A stretch of DNA of 64,000 nucleotides from an uncultured delta proteobacterium (GCA_963695875.1 CAVOID010000010.1:32001-96000); one strand, 5' to 3'. Counted from the first letter of the stretch, positions 1 through 10,460 are shown. Notes: generated by a model not told the origin, from the sequence alone. A program made the numbers and translations.

Positions 1-242
1 CAATGTAGAGCTTTCTCTTTTCTGCCGGGCAGATGATTATTGAGGATATGTGTATCAGAATTAGATCGAAAATCCAACACAATTCAGACTGTAGTAAACA
101 TTTTTTGACGCCGCAAACGCTTAACGCTTGGCGCGGAAAAACTGTAGCCGGCTTCATCGTTATGCCTCTGAGTAAGGTATGCCGGCAATTAATTAAAGAA
201 TCTCATAATCGAAGCAGAGTATGTTGAAGTAATAAGGAAAAT

Positions 243-331
243 GTGAAGCTCCCCGCCCACAGGGCGGGGCTTCCCGGAAAGGAAACTATGCTTACATTGC
301 ACCCCTTATCCCCGCCTAAAAGGCGGGGCTT
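243..331. mobile_element. Two-hairpin palindromic MITE/REP-like element
   Basis: Hairpins gaagctccccgccc-aca-gggcggggcttc (245-273) and ccccgcct-aa-aggcgggg (~310-328). It abuts a 5'-truncated gene and has the same layout as 46713-46830. Confidence 0.55.
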
Positions 332-333
332 GT

Positions 334-573
334 ATGGGCGTTGCCGCGCAGACAGCTAATCTCAGCGCGGACATTCTTAGCTTCTCACGCTCGAAAGGTC
401 TTTATGGGGGTGTGTCGCTTCAGGGGGCAGTTGTAGCAACACGAGACGGTTTGAATAGGGCCTTTTATGGCAAGAATGTCAAGCCCTCCGACGTCCTCAT
501 CCGCCCTACAGTAAGCAACTCCCAGGCATCGATGCTGCTCGAAGAGGTGGCCAAGGCAGCGGCAAAGAAATAG
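334..573 (+). pseudogene. C-terminal fragment of a lipid-binding SYLF (Ysc84-like) domain protein
   Basis: ADILSFSRSKGLYGGVSLQG...NRAFYG is the typical SYLF C-terminus. The N-terminal part is absent and the palindromic element lies in its place. Confidence 0.7.
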
Positions 574-743
574 GGCATAACTTGACAGGCTGTTGAAAAA
601 GGCCCATCTAATACGTTGCACTACGCCCTTCCCCGGATCAAGTGCGGGGTGGGCTTGTTCACCGAACGTCTGTGTACTCCTCACGACTCAGGACAACCGC
701 AAATCATCGGGCTCCAGGGCATGGTTTTTTTGGTCATTACCTC

Positions 744-772
744 TTGACACATAATTGCCATTTATCTATATT
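744..772 (+). promoter_or_regulatory. Sigma70-like promoter
   Basis: TTGACA-17 nt-TATATT upstream of 809. Confidence 0.55.
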
Positions 773-808
773 TCGAAAGTAAAAAAGCAAGCCTTAGAGG
801 AATGACCT

Positions 809-1012
809 ATGCCCATTTACATGTTTGAATGCTGCAAGTGCAAGACCGCCTATGAACGGATTATGAAGGTCGATGAAAAATACGATAAATTGGAGTGTCC
901 GTCATGCGGGGCGACAAAGCCGAAAAAATTAGCCACGACCTTCCGGACCCATGCATGGTCGAATTTTCTGGACAAGATGGAAAGGAAGATCAGTCCCCAT
1001 AAATTCAAATAA
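809..1012 (+). CDS. FmdB-family zinc-ribbon protein
   Basis: MPIYMFECCKC...CPSCG motif; GAGG RBS. Confidence 0.85.
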   Translation: MPIYMFECCKCKTAYERIMKVDEKYDKLECPSCGATKPKKLATTFRTHAWSNFLDKMERKISPHKFK

Positions 1013-1073
1013 GAGACCCTCATTAAGGCAAGAAACAACTATCAACAGGATTTACATCAACTGAACAGAATTC

Positions 1074-1865
1074 CTACATGACCCCCTTGTAGTAGCCGCC
1101 GTCTATCTGGATCGCCGCACCGGTGATATAACCTGCAACCTCAGAGGATAGAAAGGCCACCAGGCCGGCTAATTCTTCCGGCTTACCGAGGCGTCCCATC
1201 GGGATTTCAGATTCCCATCTCTTAACAATCGCATCCGGTGTAGTGCCCTCCCTGGCAGCGACAGCCTTTGATACCTCCCTTACCCGTTCCGTCATGGTGT
1301 AGCCGGGGCAGACGTTATTCACGGTAATGTTAAACGGCGCCAACTCGTTGGACAGGCTCTTGGCGAAACCGATGACGCCGGAGCGGATTGTGTTGGACAG
1401 GATCAGGCCTTCGATAGGCTGCTTTACAGAGATAGAGGTCATATTGATGATACGTCCCCAGCGCTTGGCCTTCATTACAGGAACGGCCTCACGGGTCATG
1501 AGTATGGTGGACAGGAGATTAAGACGGAAGCCATATTCCCAGAGGTTGTCGTCAATATCAAAAAAAGGCTTTGACGGTGGCCCTCCGGCATTATTAACCA
1601 GTATATCCAGCGTCCCGTAGTGATCCACGGCGCCGCGGACGAACTGTCTCGCCTGCTTGGCATCAGTCACGTCGGCGGGGATGGCAATGACTTCTCCCCC
1701 CGTTTCCTTTATGATCTCCTCTCTTGCCTTCGGCAGATGCGGATCTTCCAGGGCACAGATGGCGATACGCGCCCCTTCCTTGGACAGTCTCTTAGCCACG
1801 GCCAATCCCAGTCCCATGCTCCCTCCGGCTACCAGGGCTACTTTATTCTTCAATCCTAAATCCAT
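1074..1865 (-). CDS. SDR-family oxidoreductase (FabG-like)
   Basis: GGSMGLG and NNAGGP motifs, C-terminal IDGG. Confidence 0.9.
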   Translation of the reverse strand: MDLGLKNKVALVAGGSMGLGLAVAKRLSKEGARIAICALEDPHLPKAREEIIKETGGEVIAIPADVTDAKQARQFVRGAVDHYGTLDILVNNAGGPPSKPFFDIDDNLWEYGFRLNLLSTILMTREAVPVMKAKRWGRIINMTSISVKQPIEGLILSNTIRSGVIGFAKSLSNELAPFNITVNNVCPGYTMTERVREVSKAVAAREGTTPDAIVKRWESEIPMGRLGKPEELAGLVAFLSSEVAGYITGAAIQIDGGYYKGVM

Positions 1866-1949
1866 ATCTGCCTCCTCAGGTATTATTCACATTAATCCTT
1901 GAGTCCCTACCATATTTTAAATGGAATTTCTCAACTTTTTCGTCCATGC

Positions 1950-2684
1950 TTATTTTTTCTGCAAGGCTTCGGATGCCTTCTCCAGGAGGAATTCCTGAAA
2001 GGCCTTGTCATGCTCAACGCAAAAAGCCTCCTCAAAACCGCGATTCGCATGATCCAGCATGTATGTCTTTATGAAGCGAAGGGCAGATATTGGGGCTTCC
2101 AGAATGGTGGCGGCGATCTGGCTTGCTCTTTCCAGCAACTTATCTCCGTCGACAACCTCGCTGACCAGACCTGTGCGATGGGCCTCCGCTGCATCAATCC
2201 TCCTACCTGTGAAACAGAAGTCCCGGGCCAGCCCTTCGCCCACAATCCATCTAAGGGGGGTAAGCAGCGGGGGGATGCCGAATTTGATCTCCGGATGGCC
2301 GAAGATAGCGGTCTTTGCGCATATTCTCAGATCGCATATCTTTGCAAGATCAAACCCGCCGGCCAGGGCCGGGCCATTCACCGCAGCGATTGTGGGCTTA
2401 GGAAAATACCAGATATCCCTGTGATACCTTGCCGACGTTTCGTAAATCTCTTTAAAGAGGGTCGGCTGCTTGAATTCGCTTAAATCAAAACCTGCGCTGA
2501 ATGCCTCGCCGTTGCCGGTGAAAATCACCGTTCCGACGGTTTCGGATTCCTGCCAGTTTTTTAGACATGCTGATATTTCACGACGCATTTCAATGGAGAT
2601 GGCATTCCGTTTTTCGGGGCGATTCAAAGTAATGATACCGATTCCGCCTTGCTTTTCTACCGCTTCTATTGTCCGGAACTCCAT
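1950..2684 (-). CDS. Enoyl-CoA hydratase/isomerase family protein
   Basis: LNRPEKRNA, FSAGFDL and AVNGPALAGG motifs. Confidence 0.9.
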   Translation of the reverse strand: MEFRTIEAVEKQGGIGIITLNRPEKRNAISIEMRREISACLKNWQESETVGTVIFTGNGEAFSAGFDLSEFKQPTLFKEIYETSARYHRDIWYFPKPTIAAVNGPALAGGFDLAKICDLRICAKTAIFGHPEIKFGIPPLLTPLRWIVGEGLARDFCFTGRRIDAAEAHRTGLVSEVVDGDKLLERASQIAATILEAPISALRFIKTYMLDHANRGFEEAFCVEHDKAFQEFLLEKASEALQKK

Positions 2685-2892
2685 AATGATCCTCCTTTTG
2701 TGAAGTATGGTTGTTGAAATATGAAACTGCTCAAACGGGAAGCGGATTCATATTTACAATAATCTTAAGAATGAATCAATGGACTGTTTAGAATGACAAA
2801 GGAAAGCCGCCTCACCCGAAGATGAAGCGGCTCGGAGGATATGTCTATAGATATTTGGTCAGATTTATGCTTCTTCGTAAGGATTCTATAAT

Positions 2893-3300
2893 TTACAGTA
2901 GATCCGTCCACATTTCTTTGAAGACCCCGCTACAAATGATTACCTCATCGACCTTCTCAAAGTACACGTGTTTTTCCATATCCTGTTTGGTTACCGGGTT
3001 GTACCACTTGTAATCAACAAAGCCACTGCCCTTGGTGTTGGCGACTTCGACTATCTCCCGGATAAAACTCCTGCCATCAGAATCTTTTACGTCACAGAAA
3101 TCAAGCCCTATATATTTTTCGTTGACTCCATGTGCGAGCATTGTCCCTTTGAGGTTCAATGCAAAAATATACATGTCTCCTTCGATGAAAGGCCCCTTGG
3201 GATTTGTGAATTCTGCCAGTGCTACCGCTTTGCCGGCCTTTTTATAAAAAGCTATTGCCTTCTTCACCCACTCTTTCGCTTCTTCTTTTCCTCTGTACAT
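2893..3300 (-). CDS. Stand-alone single Cache (sCache_2-like) domain protein
   Basis: EEAKEWVKKA...YIFA...AHG...KDSDG...GFVDYKWYNP...ICSG pattern; AGGAGG RBS. Confidence 0.8.
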   Translation of the reverse strand: MYRGKEEAKEWVKKAIAFYKKAGKAVALAEFTNPKGPFIEGDMYIFALNLKGTMLAHGVNEKYIGLDFCDVKDSDGRSFIREIVEVANTKGSGFVDYKWYNPVTKQDMEKHVYFEKVDEVIICSGVFKEMWTDLL

Positions 3301-3488
3301 ATGCCCCTCCTTTTCTAATAGGTTTTTCCCGATTAATTTGATTATTAGACGGGTTTTAGGTTAAAAAAATTGCCATATAAAAAAACTATACATTATCTAT
3401 TATAGTAACGAATTATGAAAATGCAATATTAAAATTATGCTTAAAAGTATTAAGAAAATATTAATATTCTTACAAGCACAAACGGTTC

Positions 3489-3882
3489 TTATTTAATCGG
3501 CCATTCGCCCCGCTCTTTAAGGACATCCCTGTAAACTTCAAGGGCTTCATTGACGGCAGGCATGCCTGCGTAGGTCGCAACCTGAAAAAAAACCTCAGCA
3601 AGTTTCCTGGGGTCACAACCAACGTTTAGGGCCGCATTCACATGAAGTTTTAATTCTCCGGTTGCCCTGAGGGCTGCGAGCATGGCACAGGCTGCCATCT
3701 GCCTTTCGGGAAGGGTTAAAACAGTCCTGGAATAGAGGTTGCCCGTAATAAAACGGGAAAAGTCGTTGGCAAGGTCCCTGTCGAATTCCCGCCACATAAG
3801 ATAAGGGGGGTCCATCTTGATCCCTTTGCCAAAAAGGGTGTTCGCGGTTTCCTGAGTTCTTCTTCTTGATTTCATCGCTCAT
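3489..3882 (-). CDS. Carboxymuconolactone decarboxylase (CMD/AhpD) family protein; apparent 1-bp frameshift near the N-terminus
   Basis: LYSRTVLTLPERQMA...LHVNAALNVG...YAGMPA. The ATG at 3882 (MSDEIKKK) joins the main frame after one indel. Confidence 0.8.
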
Positions 3883-3907
3883 CGTATTGTTCCTTAGGCC
3901 TTTTTCG

Positions 3908-4129
3908 TTAATGGTCATTATTCAACTTGCCGCCGTAAGGGTTGACCTTAATGTCATCGTAACAGGTATGGCAGAATACTTTTGTATCCACATGGCCGCA
4001 GCCATAACCCCAGAGGTCAAATTTACGGCAATCTGTACAGAGAGGAATCTGACAGCCGTCACAGAAAATGACGGCCGGGATTTTCCCGCAGCGACTGCAG
4101 GCAGTGCTTCTGTTTTCTACTACAATCAT
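3908..4129 (-). CDS. Small Cys-rich zinc-finger protein
   Basis: Four CxxC pairs plus CGH in 73 aa. Confidence 0.65.
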   Translation of the reverse strand: MIVVENRSTACSRCGKIPAVIFCDGCQIPLCTDCRKFDLWGYGCGHVDTKVFCHTCYDDIKVNPYGGKLNNDH

Positions 4130-4203
4130 GACGTATCAAACTAACATATGCGGTAATAGGCCTCAAGATGAAAGGGAGGATATTTTTTCAGCATGCCTCT
4201 ATT

Positions 4204-4884
4204 TCACTGCTTTTCGGCTGCAGCTTCTCTTTCGAAGTCATCCTCTCTTGCCATACCACCTGCCTGAAAGTAGGCCGGATAATATTTCCTGAAGTTTGTG
4301 ACGATCCTTTCATACGGAACATCGGCGAAATGGCCGTGATCCATTATGTATTCCATATGCCGTTTTCCTTCCCTGTCGTATGGATGAAAGAGGCTGTCGC
4401 TTCTGCCGTCGAAATCGAGGGGTTTTACGCCGAACTTGTCACATAGAGACAGGTTGAAGGTCGGCGTGGCCTTAATCCAGCGGTTCTCGAGGAAGAGCTC
4501 CGTATAACCATGGAATATAAAGGTATCCGTTTTCATCAACCGCCGGAGCCTTTCTGTGGAAAGGTGGTTGCGTACATCGGCGAAACCAAGGCGGCTGGGG
4601 ATACCCGCAGCGCGTGCTGCAGCGCTGAGCACGATTGCCTTGGCAACGCAATAGCCATAGCCCCTGGAGATGATACTACTGGCCTTGAAGGCATCCCGCT
4701 CCTCCAAATCGATCTTGTACGGGTCATACCTGATTTTGTCCCGAACGGCGTAAAAAAGGGCAATGCCCTTCTCAAGTAAGGTCCCTTTGTCGTCGACAGC
4801 ATCGCTGGCAAAAGCTATAACCTCCGATTCATCGCTGTCAATGAAATACGTGGGTCGAAGGTATTGTCGCAAATCATCCTTCAT
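4204..4884 (-). CDS. Transglutaminase-like domain protein
   Basis: VRDKIRYDPY, GYCVAKA (Cys), HGY, WIKATP. Confidence 0.85.
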   Translation of the reverse strand: MKDDLRQYLRPTYFIDSDESEVIAFASDAVDDKGTLLEKGIALFYAVRDKIRYDPYKIDLEERDAFKASSIISRGYGYCVAKAIVLSAAARAAGIPSRLGFADVRNHLSTERLRRLMKTDTFIFHGYTELFLENRWIKATPTFNLSLCDKFGVKPLDFDGRSDSLFHPYDREGKRHMEYIMDHGHFADVPYERIVTNFRKYYPAYFQAGGMAREDDFEREAAAEKQ

Positions 4885-4982
4885 ATTTGTCTCTTTCTGA
4901 TCATAATCAATGTATTAATTATACGACATTCTTCCATAGAAGTAAATGCCGCCAGTTTATTATGATACCATGCCGCAACCAT

Positions 4983-5082
4983 GTCATTGCGAGAAGCGAG
5001 TGAGCCGAAGACACGAGGCAAAGCCGCGGTGGGACGCGGGCAAACTCATATTCTGAGATTGCTTCACCGCGTTCGCAATGAC
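4983..5082. repeat. REP-like palindromic element, full copy of a dispersed GTCATTGCGA family
   Basis: Terminal IR gtcattgcga/tcgcaatgac with internal gagattgcttc. Partial copies at 8180, 11230, 12695, 15902, 35402, 40535 and 51416. Confidence 0.7.
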
Positions 5083-5209
5083 CACATATCATTATATTAC
5101 GTTTGAACGCAATTTGTTATGAACATATCCAACACTAAATAGATGTTTGCCGCTTAACGTTAAAAAATGATATAGTGAGTAAATTAATATGTAAAGAGGT
5201 TTAAAGCAC

Positions 5210-7291
5210 ATGGCAGAAGATCTTCGCTGGATCAGGACTCATTGCGCCAGGATGGATCACGGAGGCTGCACCCTCCTGGTTGGCGTTAAAGATAATAGAA
5301 TTGTTAAGGTGAAGGGAGACCCGACTGGTTACCTGAGCAGGGGTTATATCTGCCCCAAGGGTGTGGCGTCACCGGATCGACTGGTACACCCGGACCGCCT
5401 CAGGTATCCCCTCAAGCGGGCGGGGAAGCGCGGTGAGGGCAAATGGCAGCGTATTTCCTGGAAGGAGGCGTTGCAGGAAGTCGCCGGGAACCTCCTTGAG
5501 ATTAAGGAAAAACACGGTGCAAAGGCCGTAGCCTTTGGCGTCGGGATGCCTAAAGGCCTGGAGCATTTTATCCTCATACGGCTGGCCAATATTTTCGGAT
5601 CGCCGAATGTGGTCGCTTCTCAGGACGTCTGCCACGCGCCCCGTGAGATCACGGGCATCCATACCTGCGGATTTTACCCCGTCGCGGATTTTCATCACCC
5701 GAGCAAGCTGATCGTCCTCTGGGGAAGCAACATCACCTCTACCAATGAGGAGGGTGAGATTTGCAGCCTCTTCCTCGAACAGATCAAAGAGGGAACCGAG
5801 CTGATCGTCATCGATCCCCGCCGGATCGACCCGGCGAAGAAAGCCAAAATGTGGCTTCAGATCCGGCCCGGCGCGGACATCGTCCTGGCTCTGGGCTTTC
5901 TGAATGTCATCATCCATGAAGGTTTGTACGATAAGGAATTCGTGGAAAAGTGGACTGTAGGTTTTGCAGACCTGGCCGAGCATGTGAAATCATTCACACC
6001 TGAAAAGGTTTCCGAAATCACCTGGGTCGCGCCTGAACTCATCAATGAAGCCGCCCGATATTATGCGGCGACAAAGCCCGCAGTCATTCAATGGGGGAAT
6101 CCCATAGAGCACAATATTTTTACATTCGACACTACCAGGGCCCTTATCTGTCTCATGGCCATCACGGGCAATCTTGATGTACCCGGCGGCAATGTGGAGG
6201 CACACGACCCGAATATCGTGGGGCTTGCACCTCTCGTCCGCGCCGACCTAATTCCGGATAAGCGCAAGGATATGGTCAGCACGCACCACCGGATCATCCC
6301 GCGTTTGATGACCGTGGCGCCTGCCTATTTCCGGAAGGCCGTTCTGGACGGGATCCCCTATCCGATAAAGGGGTTCTACGCCATGTGCTGCAATCCGGTA
6401 ATGACTTACGCCGACAGCCGCCAGACATATGAGGTCCTCATGAAGCTGGATTTCATCGCCATAGCGGACATCTTCATGACCCCGACGGCGGCCCTGGCGG
6501 ATATCGTTCTTCCCGCAGCCACCCAGTTTGAATTTGACGACATCGGCCATCTGGGACTCGGTCACGGCTACATCCTGGCAAGGCCCAGGGTCGTCGATCC
6601 GCCGGAGGAATGCTGGCCGGACATGAAGATTATGAATGAGCTGGGCAAACTGATTAGCCCTCCGGAACTCTGGCATGAGGATTACCGCATGTTCCTGGAA
6701 GACGTCGTCAAGCCCGCAGGCCTCACGTATGCCCAGTTTGCGGAAAAGGGATACCTGAAAGGATCGGACCGTTTCAAGTCCTATGAAGATAAAGGGTTCA
6801 AGACACCTACAGGAAAGGTGGAACTTGCCCTCAGCACGGCGGAGAAGTTCAAGCTCGCCGCCCTGCCAAAATACACGGGCCCGCCGGAAGCGGACGACCC
6901 CGATTATCCCCTCCTGCTCACCAGCGCCAAGAGCCGCTATTTCCTCCATTCATCGTACCGGTGGCTGGAAAAACTCAGAAAGCTGCGACCTCATCCGCGC
7001 CTGGAGATCCACCCGGAAACGGCGCAAAAATTTGGCATCAGCGAGGGGGACGAAGTGGTCATTGAAACAAAATACGGAAGGATCACCCAGGTCGCCCACC
7101 TGACGGATGGCATCGATCCCCGTGTGCTGTGCGCCGCACACGGCTGGTGGTTCCCCGAAGGAAAGCCGGAAACGCAGTACGACTGGGACAAATCCAATTT
7201 CAACATGCTGACCTCCACGGGGAAGCTCGGCAGGGAGTACGGCACCCCCAACCTGAAGGCACTGCCCTGCCGGATCAGCCGTAGAGCATAG
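5210..7291 (+). CDS. Molybdopterin-dependent oxidoreductase (acetylene hydratase-like group)
   Basis: N-terminal Fe-S segment (C..GC...ICPKG), DRLRYPLKR, ADIVLPAA, TPTGKVEL, C-terminal molybdopterin dinucleotide-binding domain. Confidence 0.9.
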   Translation: MAEDLRWIRTHCARMDHGGCTLLVGVKDNRIVKVKGDPTGYLSRGYICPKGVASPDRLVHPDRLRYPLKRAGKRGEGKWQRISWKEALQEVAGNLLEIKEKHGAKAVAFGVGMPKGLEHFILIRLANIFGSPNVVASQDVCHAPREITGIHTCGFYPVADFHHPSKLIVLWGSNITSTNEEGEICSLFLEQIKEGTELIVIDPRRIDPAKKAKMWLQIRPGADIVLALGFLNVIIHEGLYDKEFVEKWTVGFADLAEHVKSFTPEKVSEITWVAPELINEAARYYAATKPAVIQWGNPIEHNIFTFDTTRALICLMAITGNLDVPGGNVEAHDPNIVGLAPLVRADLIPDKRKDMVSTHHRIIPRLMTVAPAYFRKAVLDGIPYPIKGFYAMCCNPVMTYADSRQTYEVLMKLDFIAIADIFMTPTAALADIVLPAATQFEFDDIGHLGLGHGYILARPRVVDPPEECWPDMKIMNELGKLISPPELWHEDYRMFLEDVVKPAGLTYAQFAEKGYLKGSDRFKSYEDKGFKTPTGKVELALSTAEKFKLAALPKYTGPPEADDPDYPLLLTSAKSRYFLHSSYRWLEKLRKLRPHPRLEIHPETAQKFGISEGDEVVIETKYGRITQVAHLTDGIDPRVLCAAHGWWFPEGKPETQYDWDKSNFNMLTSTGKLGREYGTPNLKALPCRISRRA

Positions 7292-7340
7292 ACTCATTGA
7301 ATAGGTTATCCGGAAACCGGTATTCTCTTATCCGCGCTTA

Positions 7341-8120
7341 TCATTCAAAATGCTTAAGCCACTTCACGACTTCTTCAACTGCATCTTTCGGCGTATCCAT
7401 GTGATCGCTGTTCACCACAAGGTATTTGTTATTCGCGTTTGCCGGGACCTTATCGAAAGCATAAGCTGAACCTCTTTTATAGAGCCGGTCCTGAGTCCCA
7501 ATCACCCAGAGTAGCGCCGTGCCGGGCTTCAGCGCTGCCGCGTTTCTCGGCATAACCGCATGGCCGTCGGGGTCAAACCAGCTGAGATAAATCTTCGGTG
7601 TAACCCTAATCGTGGAATTGATCCCCTGGTTGGTATCCTGAAACCGGGCACGCTCGTCACCCTTGCCTTCTTTCAGCAGCACCTTCGCGTGTTCGACGCT
7701 GTCTCCGATCCTTTCCTGAAATTGCGTGGTCTCGGGCACATGTCCCGGAGCAATCGCCAGAACCCCATCCACAACCTTTATGGTTCCATAGTAGAGCGCA
7801 ACATTGGCTCCCAGACTGTGCCCTGCGATGAATATTCTATTCGCCCCCCGCTTTTTCAGCTCGGCAACTGCTCCGTCGATCTCCACCGCCGTGTCTTCAT
7901 AACTTTTGTCGTACTGGCGAGCTCTCGAATAAGGCATGTCAGGCGTTATTACGATAAACCCCTCAAAATCAAGTCTGCTCGCAAGGCGCAAGACAGACGG
8001 TGTTGCAGGGCTTCCGTTTTTCCCGTGCATGAGGACAATGCCGATCTTTGATCCGGCTTCACACAAAGGCGCAATAATGAAGATGGCAATCAGGACAAGA
8101 AAGATAACTTTTCTTTTCAA
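7341..8120 (-). CDS. Exported alpha/beta hydrolase
   Basis: Signal peptide, HG oxyanion motif, GHSLG nucleophile. Confidence 0.8.
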   Translation of the reverse strand: MKRKVIFLVLIAIFIIAPLCEAGSKIGIVLMHGKNGSPATPSVLRLASRLDFEGFIVITPDMPYSRARQYDKSYEDTAVEIDGAVAELKKRGANRIFIAGHSLGANVALYYGTIKVVDGVLAIAPGHVPETTQFQERIGDSVEHAKVLLKEGKGDERARFQDTNQGINSTIRVTPKIYLSWFDPDGHAVMPRNAAALKPGTALLWVIGTQDRLYKRGSAYAFDKVPANANNKYLVVNSDHMDTPKDAVEEVVKWLKHFE

Positions 8121-8318
8121 AGTTTAAGCCTCCCATTTGTTTGTTCAATATTCATACTATAACAATTCACTATTCAAAGTCGCAATGACAAATTTGGAAT
8201 TCATTTCTTAACTGTAATATCACAAAACTTTATCTCGAAATGTGGTACATATAAGAAAGCAGGTCGGGATCCCGCTGTTCTTTATTGTATCGGTTTCCGG
8301 AATTCGAGGCACTCTGTA

Positions 8319-9527
8319 ATGAATAACGAAAAGAAAATAGTACTTTTCACCTTTACAGCCCATTTTATGTTTCATTTTTATGAACTGGCCTTCCCTGCCC
8401 TGGCGATTCCCCTCGTCATTTCGTTGAATATGGATCTTAAGGAAGTTTTGAAGTTGGGGTTTCCCATGTACCTCGCCTTCGGCCTCTTCTCGCTGCCCTG
8501 GGGTTTCTTTGCTGACCGTGTCGGCAACCGTGTCGCTCTCATCATCTGCTTCTTCGGAACCGGCATCGGAGCCATCATGACAGTCCTCGCCACGTCTCCG
8601 ATAGGAATCATGCTGTCCCTGGCTGTAATCGGCGTCTTTGCCGGTATCTGCCATCCTGCCGGCATGGGCCTGATCTCCCTGGGAGTAAGGAATCGTGGTA
8701 TGGCCCTGGGCATCAACGCCATCGCCGGAAGTCTCGGACTTACCGCGGCCCCTTTTATTGCCGGGTTTCTCAACTGGGCCGCCGGATGGAAAGCGGCATA
8801 TGTGGCTGCCGCGATCTTTACGTTCTTCTGGGGTATTGTTATGTTGTTTGCCAAAATCGACGAAACCCCGCTGGTCCACGAACATGAGAAAGAGACGACA
8901 TTCAAGAAAGGGTATAAGACTTTCCTGCCCGCCGTCATCCTCTTTTTCACCATCGTGACCCTGGGGGGTCTTACCTATCGCATCAATATCGTGGTTCTAC
9001 CCGCATACCTCGAATGGAAGGCGTCTTTCCTGTCGCAGTACCTTAATTTTCACACACCGGCGACAGCCACACTGGCTGCGGGCATGCTCACATCGGTTAT
9101 TTATATCGTCGGGATTTTAGGTCAATTTTTTGGTGGACGAATGGCAGACCACCATGAACTGCGACGGCTTTATCTCCTGTTCAACGTAATCAGCCTGCCC
9201 TTCGTGATCTTTATGGCGTTTGCCCAGGAGCAGATGCTATTTGTTGTCTCCGCTGTCTATGTCTTCTTTGCGTTGGGCATCCAACCCATCGAAAACAGCC
9301 TCATCGCCAAATTTACACCTCAAAAATGGCGGAGCACCGGTTATGGTTTCGCATCCGTTTTAATTTTTGGGGTTGGTTCCCTGGCAGTATATCTTGTCGG
9401 CTGGGTAAAAGACACCTGGCATCTCGGTGTCGTTTATATCTTTTCCGGATTCATGGTCTTCCTGATTATCGGCGGGATAATGTTCCTGACGTGGATGACG
9501 CGGAAAATAACGTTTAAGAACTTCTGA
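8319..9527 (+). CDS. MFS transporter
   Basis: About 12 hydrophobic segments; GFFADRVGNR and GRMADHHELR loops. Confidence 0.9.
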   Translation: MNNEKKIVLFTFTAHFMFHFYELAFPALAIPLVISLNMDLKEVLKLGFPMYLAFGLFSLPWGFFADRVGNRVALIICFFGTGIGAIMTVLATSPIGIMLSLAVIGVFAGICHPAGMGLISLGVRNRGMALGINAIAGSLGLTAAPFIAGFLNWAAGWKAAYVAAAIFTFFWGIVMLFAKIDETPLVHEHEKETTFKKGYKTFLPAVILFFTIVTLGGLTYRINIVVLPAYLEWKASFLSQYLNFHTPATATLAAGMLTSVIYIVGILGQFFGGRMADHHELRRLYLLFNVISLPFVIFMAFAQEQMLFVVSAVYVFFALGIQPIENSLIAKFTPQKWRSTGYGFASVLIFGVGSLAVYLVGWVKDTWHLGVVYIFSGFMVFLIIGGIMFLTWMTRKITFKNF

Positions 9528-9610
9528 TGATCGAGTTGGATATCCCGTCAGTTCCCTGTTAGCCACCGCCAAATTGTCTTGACTCATAAGTCCCCCTTCC
9601 TCTATACTTT

Positions 9611-10441
9611 ATGTATTCCAAAGGAAATTCCTTTCAAGATAATATGCCGCCAAAAACACTGTCAGAAATACTCGCAGAGAATGAAGCTTTATCAACCCTC
9701 CTGAAAGTAAAAGACAGCATGAAGGAGGTAGCGATTATTGCTCTGACGAGCAATCTTTCCCCCCACGATAAAGAAACAATCAATAACTTGCGGCATCTCA
9801 TAATCGATCTGGATGATGACCTGATAAAGAAGATTGCCGAGCTGCATGATGAAAATATCCAATTGAAATCCCTCGCATTGATTGACAGCCTGACCGGTCT
9901 TTTTAACAGCCGCTTTTTTTTAAAAAATCTCGAAACTGAAATGGCCAGAACAAAACGCACGGGGCTTTCATGTTCCCTGATGATAATTGACCTCGATAAT
10001 TTTAAGTTGCTTAATGACACCCTCGGTCACGTCGAAGGGGATAAATTTCTTCGTGAGGTTGGAGAAGTCTTGCGCGGGAATGTAAGATCAACAGATATGG
10101 TATGCCGGTACGGTGGTGATGAATTCACAGTTATAATGCCGGCTACGGAACTTTATCCTGCAATCAGGATTGCAAACCGTTTGAAAGACGCTATAACAAA
10201 AATTCCCACACCTAAAGGGATTGTCATTTCTTCAAGCATAGGCATCGCCGAATACAAGTCATCATCTTTATATAGAATTGATGAATTCATTCATGCCGCC
10301 GACTCGGCCATGTACGATGCAAAGAAGAATGGTAAAAATAAGGTGTCTGTCAGCATCGAGCCGGAGGGTGTAAGAGCTCAGCTGGAAGCCGTAACAATTG
10401 AAGAAAAAGAAGCCTTATCCAAGGGACTCAAAAAAAAATAA
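9611..10441 (+). CDS. Diguanylate cyclase (GGDEF); true start may be 9644
   Basis: DSLTGLFN, DLDNFK, RSTD...RYGGDEF, ADSAMY. A TTGACT-18-TATACT promoter at 9579-9608 favours the later start. Confidence 0.9.
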   Translation: MYSKGNSFQDNMPPKTLSEILAENEALSTLLKVKDSMKEVAIIALTSNLSPHDKETINNLRHLIIDLDDDLIKKIAELHDENIQLKSLALIDSLTGLFNSRFFLKNLETEMARTKRTGLSCSLMIIDLDNFKLLNDTLGHVEGDKFLREVGEVLRGNVRSTDMVCRYGGDEFTVIMPATELYPAIRIANRLKDAITKIPTPKGIVISSSIGIAEYKSSSLYRIDEFIHAADSAMYDAKKNGKNKVSVSIEPEGVRAQLEAVTIEEKEALSKGLKKK

Positions 10442-10460
10442 GAACAAGGAGATAACGCCG

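Noticed and set aside
586..730. IS or MITE starting CAGGCTGTTGAAAAA (similar terminus-like motif GATGAACTCGTAAAAAGTC at 58984)
   Set aside because: Only one recognisable end in each case and no transposase; too degenerate to delimit.
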